A stretch of 64,000 bases of DNA from Scenedesmus sp. PABB004 (Eukaryota). The translations under genes and the position numbers were made by a program. The notes below the pieces were generated by a model. It did no database searches. It was not told the DNA's origin and saw only the letters and a list, made by a program, of their open reading frames with translations. Of this stretch, positions 54,136 to 64,000 are shown in pieces. The stretch is from positions 186,001 through 250,000 of the forward strand of contig JABVCE010000027.1 of NCBI GenBank assembly GCA_014905635.1, read 5' to 3'. The number at the start of each line of letters is the position of its first letter. The stretch's first letter is position 1.

Positions 54136-57100
54136 ATGGCGGCGGTGCTGGACGACCTGTCCAGCCGGCTGCGCTCCTTCACGGAGGCGGTGGAGGGCGG
54201 CGTCGCGCGGTCGGTCAACGCGCTCGACCGCTTCACCATCCTGCCGCCGCCGCCGCGGCCGCGCGCCGACGCGGGCGCCGCGGCGGCGGCGGCCCAGGAC
54301 GCCGCCGCCGCCAAGCGCGCGCGCGCGGACCGGGAGGCCGTGGGCGACGCGCTGCTCGCGGCGCTGCCGGGTCGCTACTTTGAGCCCGGCGCCGACGCGC
54401 TGCGCCACGAGCTCGCGGCACTCGGCGACGACGCGGCGCGCGACGACATCGACGCCGTGGTGGAGCGCCTCGAGGGCGCGGTGGAGGTGCGCGGCGCGGC
54501 GCGCGCGCGGCGCGGAGCGCCGCCGCGCGCAGCGAGCGCCGCCAGACACGGGCGCCGCCGCCGGCGCCCGCCGCCCGCCGCGCACGCAGGCCGTGAGCGT
54601 GCGGCTGGCCAAGCGCGTCATCAAGAACCAGGACACGCTCATCGCCGGCATCACCAACGTCACGCAGGTCGAGGACGACCTGCGGGTGTGCGCGAGGCCG
54701 CCAGGCTGGCCGCGACCTGCTGCCGCCGCTCGGGCGCGCGCGGTGCAGCGCGCGGCAGGCGCGCGGCGGGCGCGCGCGCCGCGCCGCGCCTCACGGCCCG
54801 CCATCCGCAGGCGGCGCACGTCATCTGCTGCGGCACGCGCGCCGCGCTGCGCGCGGCGGGGGAGGACGTGGCGACGCAGCTCCGCGTCATCACCTGCACG
54901 CGGCGCAAGCAGGCGGCGATGGGCGCGCTGCAGGCGGCCAGCCGCATCAAGCAGGTCAAGGACCTGCAGCAGGCGCTCAGGTGCGAGCCGCTAGCAGCGG
55001 CGCGCGCGCCCGGCGCTGCGGGCGCCGCCGCGGCCCCAACGACCCTGTCCTGCAAGCCCAGCGCGAGCCGCCGCGGTGCCGCCGCGTGTCGCGGACCGCC
55101 CCGCCGCGCCCCGCCGCGCAGGCGCGTGCATGCCGAGGGCGACCACGCGGAGGCCATCCTGATGTGCGCCGATGCGTTCGGCGCGGTCGAGGCGCTGCGC
55201 GCGGCCGGCCTCAAGGCGCGGCGCGGCGCCGCGCCGCGCCGCGGGCGGCCTGCTCCGGCGCGGCCGGGCGCGGCTGCCGCCGACCGCGCCGATGCTGGCG
55301 GCTGCTGCGCAGGTGGCCCCAGAGCTGGCGCTCACGGTGCAGCGGCAGCACTTTGACGCGCTGCAGCAGCTCGACGCCGCGCTCGCGCGCGAGTGCGGCG
55401 CCTTCAGCGGCGCGGGCTACAGCAAGGTGGGTGGAGGGGGGCAGCAGCAGCCGCCGCCGCCGCCCGCCGCTGCTGCGTCGAGCAGCACCGGCGCAGCGGC
55501 CAGGCCCGGCGCGCCGACGCCGCGCCCGCTCGGCGACCGCCGCGCCGCCGCGCGCTGCCGCAGCTGCTGGAGGCGTACCTGCTGGCCGGCCAGCCGGGCC
55601 CGGCGCTGGCGGGCAAGGTGCTCTCGTCGTTCAAGGACGCCATCAACGACGCGGCCGCGCGCCTCGTGCGCGCGCGGGTGCTCGCGCGCGCGGCCGCCGC
55701 GCCGGCCGGCGGCGCCGGCGCCGCGGGGCTGGGGGACGCCACCTCGGACGAGCTCTGCCGGCGCCTGGCGCCCGGCGACGTGCAGCCCTGCCTCGCGGGC
55801 CTGCTGGACGCCGCGGTGCAGCTGCTGACCAGCTTTCACGCGATGGCGGCCTGGCACGCGGCGGGGCTGGCGCAGGCGCGCGCGGCTGCGGCCGCGGCGA
55901 TCAGCAGCGCCGCCGACGCGGCGGGCGGCGCCGCCGCGCCCAGCGCCGCGCAGCTGGAGCAGGCCCACGATGCGACGCGCGTGCTGCTCGAGGCGGTGGC
56001 GGCGGGGCTGGAGGACAGCCGCGCCGCGCTGCTCGACGTGGCAGGCGCGCGCGTGCGGGAGCTGCTCGCCGTCGCGGGCGGCTGCCCAGGCGACGCGTTT
56101 GCTCAGGTGCGGCCCGCGGCGGCGTGCGGGTGACGTGGGCCCAGCCCGCACGCGCACGCCATGCGGGCGAGCCGTCCGCCGGCGCCACCTCCCGCCCGCG
56201 TGCAGGTGGTGGAGGGCGCCCTGGCGTTCGTGGCGGCGGGCGAGGCCTTTGCCGGCGGCAGCACGCCGCTGCGCGGCGCGGTGCTGGGCCAGCTCGGGAG
56301 CTGCGTGGAGCCCTTTGCACGCTCAACCATGGACGCGCTGAAGCTCTCGCTGGCGCTCGAGGACTGGCAGCCGCTCAGCGGTGGCGGTGGCGGCTGCGCC
56401 GTCCTGGCGGCCGGCACCGCCTGCCTGCGCCAGGCGCTGACCGCGTCGCCGTTTGCGCTGCCCGCGCGCGGCGCGCACGCCAGCTTCGACGAGTGGCTGG
56501 CGGCCGGTGGCCACCTGACCTGCGGCCCCGGCGCGGCCGCCGGCGCCCGGGCGCCCGGCGGTGAGGGGCTCTGCGCGCGAGGCGGCCAGGCGGGGGCGGC
56601 CCGCGCCCCGCGCGCCGGCGCGCGCGAGCCCGTCAGATCCCGCCCGACTCCACCCTCTGCTCTGCACGCGCCGCACAGGGCGCGCGGTGCTGCCCGCCGC
56701 GTCCGGCGCGCCCGCGGCGGCGGGTGCGGCGCCCGCCGACGGCGGCGCGCCGCCCCCGCCGGCCTTGCCGCCGCCGCGCGTCGCGACCAAGAGCAGCGCG
56801 CTCGTGCTGCGGCGCATGGCCACCTACGCGTCGCTGATGCCGCTGCTCGGCCCCGCGCGCTGGCCCGCGCTGTGGGGCGGCGTGGCGGAGCTGTTTGACA
56901 ACCTGCTGCTCGCCTGCTTTGTGCTCTTCGGCGGCGTCTCGCTCGAGGCCCTGGTCTGGACCGACGACGCGCTCCCGCACCGCCTGCGCAGCGCGCTGCT
57001 CCGCGTCGCGGCCGCGCCGGGCTGCAAGTACCGCGCGCAGGCGAGCGTGTGGGTTCGTGTGCGCGCGCGTGCGGTGGCGCCCGCCGCCGCGCCGTGTCAC

Positions 57101-57218
57101 CCCGTGCGCCGCCCGGCGCCGCGCGTGGCGCCCAGGTGGAGGAGCTGCAGCGTACGCGGCCGCCCGCGCCGCAGCTCGCCGCGCCCGGCGGCTCCCTGCT
57201 CGACCTGACCTTCCTCAC

Positions 57219-57249
<31 letters not shown>

Positions 57250-59071
57250 GGCAGCGGGGGCGCGGGCGAGCCCCACCGCGGCGGCCTGAGCCCCGCGCCC
57301 GGCGAGCGCGGCGGCGCGAGCCCTGTGCCCGGCGATGCAGCCGGCGGCGGCGGCGCGAGCAAGCTGGACGCGTTCACGCGCCGGCTGAAGGACACCGTGG
57401 TGGAGCTCATCAACGCCGACCTCGCGGCGCCGCTGCCGCCCAGCGGCGGGCCGAGCCCGCGCGACGGCGGCGGCCCCCCGGGCGGCAGCAGGCCCCCGCA
57501 GCAGCAGCAGCCGCAGCGGGCGGGCCCACAGCCGGCGGCGCAGCCGCCGCAGCCTCAGCAGGAGCAGCAGCAGGAGGGCTCGCAGCCGGAGGCGGCGCCG
57601 GGGACGGCGGGGCAGGCGCAGCCGCCCGTGCAGCAGCGGCCAGCGGCGACAGCGGCAGGCGCGGCCACCGCGCCGGAGGCTGCGAAGCCGGTGGGCGGGG
57701 TTCAGGGGCGTGGCGGCGGCAGCATGCTGCACGAGGGCATGGTCTTTGCCTTGCCAGGTGAGCCTGGCGGAGCTGCCACTGCAGCTGGGCTGGGCTGGGC
57801 CGGGGCCCGGCCCACGACGTGCACGCGCGCCGCCCCGACCCCGCAGGCCCCGGCGGGCGCGCCCTGGGGCTGAAGGAGCGCGTCGTGGCGGCCGAGTGCC
57901 TCACGGCGGTCGCCGACACGCTGCGCGCGGCGCGGCCGTCGCTGCTGGCGCTGCTGGGCGGCGCCGGCGCGGGCGCGGGCGGCCAGGCGCTCGCGCGCGA
58001 GGTGGAGGCCTACATGGCCCGCACCGTCGACGCAGCGGCCGACCTGCGCGATGCGATCTACCGCGGCGGCGCCAAGCAGCTGCTGGCGGTGCGCCGGCGC
58101 GGCGCGGCCACAGCGCGGCCGCCGCGCCGCCGCCTTCCGCCGCCGACGCCGCGCGCACCCTCGCGCCCCCGCGCCCCCGCGCCCCCGCAGCGCGTGGTCG
58201 ACCCCGAGCGCGGCACCGCCGCCCAGATCGCGGCGTGCAGCTACGCGGCGCGCGAGCCGGCCACGCGCTACCAGGCGTGGGCGGAGGGCCTCGTGGTCGA
58301 GTACCGCGCGTTTGGGCAGCACCTGGGTGGCGCGGGGCTGCCGCCCGACGTGCAGGGCAAGGTGCGCCGCGCGCGGCGCGGTCCGCGGCGGGGGCACGCT
58401 GCGGAGCGCGGCGGCGAGCCCGCGGCCGACACGCGCGGCGGCGCGCCGCGCGGCGCAGATGTGGGAGGCGGCGGTGGCGCTGGGCGCGGACGCGATGCTC
58501 GACGGCCTCGCGCGCGTGGGGCGCTGCAGCATCGAGGGCCGCGCCGCGATGAGCCTCGACCTCTCCGCCGTGGAGAAGGGCCTGCGCCCGCTCGCGCCGG
58601 CGGCGGCGCTGTCCAGCCTGCGTGCGGTGCGGCGTTCGGCGAGCGGCGCGGCACACGGCGCTGCGCGCGCGTGTGCGCGCGGCTGACCTGCCCCGCCCCG
58701 CCCCGCCCGGCGGCGGCGGTGTGCTCTGCGTGGCGGGTGCAGGTGGACGCGTACATCAAGGCATTCTACATCCCCTGGGACGACCTGGGCCGCTGGGCGC
58801 AGGTGCGGGGGTGCTGTGCCCGCCCGTGCGCCGTGGTGGCCGCGGCGCAGGGCGGACGGCGCGCGCGTGCTGCGCGCTGGGCTCCGCCGTGCTGCCGGCG
58901 GTCGGCCGCACCGCCCGGCCGCCGCCCCGGCCGCAGGTGCATCTCGCCGAGTACGGGCGGCCCAAGCTCGCCGCGCTCGTGGAGGCGATGGCCGACGCGT
59001 ACGGCGTCAAGCGCGGGCACAAGGCGGCGCTGCTCGAGCGCCTGTCCGCGCAGCTCGCCGAGTTTTCGTGA
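54136..59071 (+). CDS. VPS50: VPS50/syndetin (EARP complex subunit); about 14 exons
   Basis: N-terminal RYFEPGADALRHEL...AVSVRLAKRVIKN; C-terminal GLKERVVAAE, DGLARVGRCSIEGRAAMSLD, VDAYIKAFY match the syndetin C-terminal domain. Confidence 0.85.
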
Positions 59072-59616
59072 GCGCCGGCGGCGCGGCGGCGGCGCGGCGA
59101 CGGGTGAGAGAGCGGTCGGCGAGGCAACCACGCGCGCTGCAGCGGCGCGCGCCAAAGCCCTGGCCGCGCGGCCGGCGGCGGTCAGCGGCAGCCCTCGACG
59201 CGTCAGCGCCGGAGCCCGAGGAGCGCGGTCAGCTGGCTCAGGAGCTCGCCCAGCTGCTGCCAGTCGCGCCCAGCCCTCCCGCGAGCTCACCAGCAAGGCC
59301 GCGTCTGGCGGCCCGAGCGCGCGCGTGGAGCTTCTGGCGCTTCGTGAAAGACCGGGCCGGAGCGGACCCAGCTGCGCTGGCCCCGCCTGCGGCGGGGGCA
59401 GCAGCAGATTGGCGAGCGCCCCGCACCGCGCCAGCGACGGCGCCAGCAGCGGCTTGAGCCGGCCAGGCGTGAAGCAGTCAGTCGGGAGTACGCCGGGCCG
59501 GGGCGGAGCGCAGCGGCGGCGACCGCGGCGGCCGCGCGAGCGGCTGCGCAGCGGCGCGCCACCGCGGGCCGGGCGCGGGTCGGGCCGGCCGCGGCGGCGC
59601 AGCCCGGCTTCATGCC

Positions 59617-62600
59617 ATGGGCTGCGCCCACTCTTCTGCCTGCGCGCCCGATGACGCGCCGGCGAGCGCGTCCAGCCACAGCGCCCGCAGCGCCCCGAGC
59701 AGCCGGCGCAGCGTCCCGAGCGTGCGCGTGATGCCGGCCGACCCCGGCAAGGCCGCCGCGGCGGCGGCCATCAGGGCCGAGGCCGTGGCGGCGGCGGAGG
59801 CGATGTTCGCGGCCAACGCGGGCGCCAGCTTCCGCGACACGTACGTCCGCGCGACGCTCGTCTCGTACGGCGGCTCCGCCAAGGTGCGCCCTGCCGGCGC
59901 GGGCGTGCGCGCGGCGCCGCGGCGCACGCGGGCCGCGCACGCGGGTCGCTCACGCGCCTGCGGCGCCGCGCAGGTGTTCACCGCGGTCAACAAGCACACG
60001 CAGCAGGCGGTCGCGATCAAGGCAATCGCAAAGGTGGTGCCTCGCAGGAGCAGCCCGGGCAGCTTGGGCCGGCCGGCCGCCGCTGGTGCCGGCGGCGAGC
60101 CCGGGCAGCTCACACGCCGGCTGGCCGCCGCGCCGCGCCGTCGCAGAGCACCAAGAGCCCCGAGGCGCAGCGCGCGCGCGTGCTGCAGGAGGTCGGTGCG
60201 ATGCTGCGCGTGCAGCACCACCCGCACGCGGTGCGGCTGCTGGACGCGTTTGAGGACGCCCGGGGCTTCCAGCTGGTCATGCAGCTGCTCAAGGGTGCGG
60301 CGGCGGTTCAGGGCTAGGGCTCGGGGCGCTGGACGGCGCGGGGCGCCCCCGACCTGGCCGCGCCGCGCCCGCGCCGCCGAGCCCGCGCCCGCGTCCGCGG
60401 CCCCACGCCCCACGCCCCACGCCGCCACGCCCGCGCCGCCGTCCCGCACGCCGCGCGCAGGCGGCGAGCTGTTTGAGCACATCACCTCGCGCGCGCCGCT
60501 GACCGAGGCGGGCGCCGCGGCGCTCGCGCGGTCGCTGCTGCAGTACGTCGCGCACGCGCACGGCCTCGGCGTGGCGCACATGGACATCAAGCCCGAAAAC
60601 GTCATGTTTGACAGCGAGGGCGCCGGCGGCGTGCTCAAGGCGCGGCGCGCGCACACGGCGCGCGCGACGCGGCACGTGTGGCGCTCGCCGCCGTGGCGGC
60701 TGCGGGTCCGGCCGGCCCCCGCCGGAGCGCGGCGCGACACGCGTCACGCGCCGCCGCCACCGCGTTGCACACCCGGGCTGCGCAGGTCATCGACCTCGGG
60801 TCGGCCGAGTTTGTGTGCGAGGGCGAGGAGGTGCCGCACGCGTTTGGCACGGTGCGCTACTCGAGCCCCGAGATGGCGGCGCACTCGGCGGGCCCCGCGA
60901 GCGACGTGTGGAGCGTCGGCGTCCTGCTCTGCCAGGCGCGGCGGCGCGGCGCGGCTCTGCGCTCGCGACTCTGGCCCCCCTCGCGGCCGCCGCTGCGGCG
61001 CTCGCGAGCGCCACCCACGCGCGCCCACGCACACGTGGCGCACAGGTGCTGAGCGGGTGCGCTCCGTTTGTCAAGAGCAGCGACTGTGAGACTCTCTCGT
61101 ACATTGCGCGCGGCCCACAGGTGCGCGCGCCCGCCGGCGCCGCAGCGCTGCGCCGTCGGCCGCGCACCGCTCGACCGCGGCGGCGCCAAACCCGCCCGCC
61201 CGCGCGTGCGCCCAGGTCAAGTTCAGCGGCAGCCGCTGGCGCAGCATCAGCGCGGCGGCCAAGGACTGCGTGCGCGCGATGCTCGCGCCCGACCCCGCCG
61301 CGCGGCCGTCGGCGGCGGCGCTGCTGCGCCACCCCTGGCTCGCCGCGGCGGCGCCGGGCACGCCGATCGCGGCGCCGATCGTGGCGCAGCTGCAGCTCTT
61401 CGCGGGCCTCTCCCGCGCGCGCCGGGTCGTGCTGGGGCTCGCGGCCAACTGCCTCAGCGGCGCCGAGGCGAGCGCGGTGCTGGCGAGCTTCCTCGCCGCA
61501 GACTCGGACTTCAACGGCACCCTCGACTACGCGGAGCTCGCGAGCGCCGCAAAGCAGGCGCGTTGGCGCGCCGGCTGTGCCTGTGACTGCGCGCGCCGCG
61601 CCCCGCGGCCCCCCCCCCTCCGCGTCAGCGGCACGGGGACGCGCCGAGCCCACGCCGCGCGGCCGCCGCCGCCGCCGCAGGCCGCGCCGGACCTGGGCGA
61701 GGGCGAGCTGCGCCGCGTGTTCGAGGCGCTGGACGTGGACAACACCGGCACCGTGGACGCGCAGGAGTTCATCGCGGGCGTCCTGCAGGCGCGGGGTCCT
61801 GGGGGCAGCAAGCGGGGCGGGCAGCAAGGGCCCCCGGCGCGCGACGCCGCGCGCGGGCGCGGCTGGCGCGTCGTGAAGACGCCGCCGCCGCCGCCACCGC
61901 CGCCACCGCCGCCGCCGCCGCGCGCCCCGCCAGGTCGCGCTCGCGCCGGCCAAGGCGAGCTCGCTGCTGGAGTCGTCCTTTCACGCCCTCGACAGGTGGC
62001 CGGCGCGCGCGCCCCTGGGGCGCGGCTGCTGCTGCGCCGCCCCGCCCGCGCCGCCGCTGCCGCCGCCCGCGCCCGCGCGCCGTGCCGCGCACGCCCCGTC
62101 ACCGCCGCCCTCTCTGCGCACGCACGCGCAGGGAGCACAAGGGCCACCTCACGCGCGCCGACCTGGTCGAGGGCCTGCGCGTCGCGACGCCGTCCGCGTT
62201 TGCCGCGCTGCACTCGAGCGGCAGCCTCGAGAGCGAGCTCGACGAGGAGTTTGCCGCGCTGGACGCCAACGGCGACGGCGTGGTCACGCTCGAAGAGTTC
62301 CGCGCCGCGCTCTCGCTCGGGCCGGACGGCCTGCCGCAGCTCCTGGGGGGCGCGCCGCCGGCGGCGGCGCCCGCCGCGGCGGCAGCGGCGCGCCGGCGCG
62401 CTCGCCGCTCGGGCCGCGCGGCGCGGCGCCGCCGGGCACGGACCAGGCGGGGCCGCCGAGCCGCGGCGCCGCCGCAGTGCACGCGTCGGCGCACTGAACG
62501 CTCCCACGCCGAGAGGGCGGCGCGCACGCACGCGCGGCCTGCGGGGGGGGGGGGCGAAAGGGACCAGCGCGCATGCGCTGCGAACGCAACGAGATTTTGG

Positions 62601-62708
62601 CACCGCAAACCCGCACCGCCACCCTTCGCCGACCTTGTTGCTCGCGAACGCCCACCCCCCTGTGTGCGACCTGCTGCGTGCCATTCACGCACGCCCGAGG
62701 GCGCTTGA
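59617..62708 (+). CDS. Calcium-dependent protein kinase-like (kinase plus EF-hands); true stop may be 62497 if frameshifted near 62390
   Basis: MGC acylation motif; VAIKAI, GGELFEHI, HMDIKPENVMF, IDLGSA, GTVRYSSPE, DVWSVGV; EF-hands DSDFNGTLDYAE, DVDNTGTVDAQE, DREHKGHLTRAD (degenerate), DANGDGVVTLEE. Confidence 0.92.
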
Positions 62709-63302
62709 TTTCTCCCCCCTGAAAAACGCATTTCCGCCGCACTGCGGCCTGCGCGCGTGCCGAGCGGCGGCGTGCTGTTCGCGCAGCTGGTGACGCACGC
62801 CCGGCGCGCGTGCAAAGTGTCCCGTTCGATCGCTCTCGTCGCCAGCTTTGCATCGGCCGGCCGAGCGGCGGCTGGGCGGCGCTTACGGACCGCCCCGCGG
62901 CGGCGCCGCTTGGGCTTGGGCCTGCGCGCTGTCGCGCGCTGTCGCGCGGAGGCAGGTCACGGCAGGTCGCCGCCGCGCCTCTCACAGCCCCTCCCGACCC
63001 GCCCCGTCGTAATCAAGCGCACCGTGATCACGACCGCGGCCACAGAGACGCACGCAAGCACCTTCGCGTCTCGCTCGCCTCGCCGACCCGACCCTCCGCC
63101 GCGCGTGTCGTCCCCCAGCGGCCTAGAAGCAGAGCCGGCCTCGCCTGCGTGCGCGCCGAGCCGAAGCGCGCGCCGGGTCGCCAACTCACTCGGCGGAGCA
63201 GCAGCAGCAGCCCCCCCCCGCCGCGCAGAGCGCGCGCGAGGGGCGCCACTCCGTCGCTAGCTGCCTCCCGGAACCTCGCTTGTCGCCCGAGACCGGCGCC
63301 GC

Positions 63303-63977
63303 ATGAAGGCCAGCGGCGGCGGCGACGGACTCGGCCCGCAGCGCTGCTGCGAGCGCCGCCCGCCTCTGCGGTGGGCGCTCGGCGCAGCCGCGCTCGTGGC
63401 GTGCGTGGTGGGCGTGGCAGTGCTCATCGCCTACGCCGTGCGCCAGTCGCGCGCGGCGCCCGCGCTCGCCACCGGCGCCGGCAGCACCGCCGCCACCGCT
63501 GGCGCAGAGGCGGCCAGCCTCGGCGCGAGCCTCGGCGCCGGCCGTGGCGCCGCCAGCGGCGGCCGCTGGGCCGCGCTGCCGCCCCCCGACAGCGCCGCGG
63601 CGGACGCGCTGCTCGCCGACCCGGCGTCGCCCGAGTGGCTGCGGCAGCTCTACACGTACCAGCGGGACGCCCTGGTCATAACGCCCGCGCTGACCGAGGC
63701 CTTCCTGCAGCTGCTCGCCGAGCAGCTGCCCGCCGCGGCGCCCGCCGCGCCCGCAGCGCCCACAGCGGCGCCGGCGCGGCGCCCGCTCGCGGCGCGGCCG
63801 GGCGCGGCGGCGGCGGCGCCGCCGGCCCTCGACCTCGCGCCCTTTGTGCGCGTCGCTGCCGACGTGCTGGCCTACCTCCGCAGCGCGCGCAGCACGGCGC
63901 TGCTGCCGCTGCTGCGCGAGTTTGCCGCGAGCGGCGTGCTCGCCCTCGACGGCACCGACCCGGACGCCCTGCAGCAG
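63303..63977 (+). CDS. Type II membrane protein, first exon only (3'-partial), unknown function
   Basis: MKASGGG...WALGAAALVACVVGVAVLIAYAVR (transmembrane helix), then a helical domain PEWLRQLYTYQRDALVITPALTEAFLQLL; probable GC donor at 63978. Confidence 0.6.
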
Positions 63978-64000
63978 GCGCGCGGCGCGCCCGCGCGCCG

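Overview
Extremely GC-rich (roughly 80% by eye), gene-dense, intron-rich eukaryotic nuclear DNA. Gene content, TGTAA poly(A) signals and CCCTAAA telomere-type motifs point to a chlorophyte green alga (Sphaeropleales-like; inference). Most long ORFs in the six-frame track are GC artefacts; the real genes are split into many short exons. I can reconstruct about 22 protein genes: CFAP20 (5'-partial), a 52-aa membrane ORF, a secreted bacterial-like protein, two low-complexity hypotheticals, UPF3, an LRR+PIN-domain protein, an NT-C2/Dilute protein, a putative plastid S/D- and KEERK-repeat protein, NAP1, RFT1, an RTA1-like protein, a bZIP-like factor, PP2C, glucuronokinase, a stand-alone ProRS-type anticodon-binding-domain protein, 5-oxoprolinase (about 28 introns), fibrillarin, a CCCH+WW protein, VPS50, a divergent CDPK and a 3'-partial membrane protein. 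No rRNA, tRNA, CRISPR or transposase was recognised. Most striking observations: roughly a quarter of introns use GC-AG donors (10 of about 28 in oxoprolinase); some introns are near-pure G/C with no pyrimidine tract; telomere-like and AT-rich micro-arrays sit inside introns; a ~120-bp inverted repeat brackets the whole fibrillarin gene; and a 100-150-nt hairpin fills the gap between convergent RFT1 and RTA1-like genes. Several apparent single-base frameshifts in G/C runs are probably assembly errors. All exon boundaries were read by eye and need RNA-seq.
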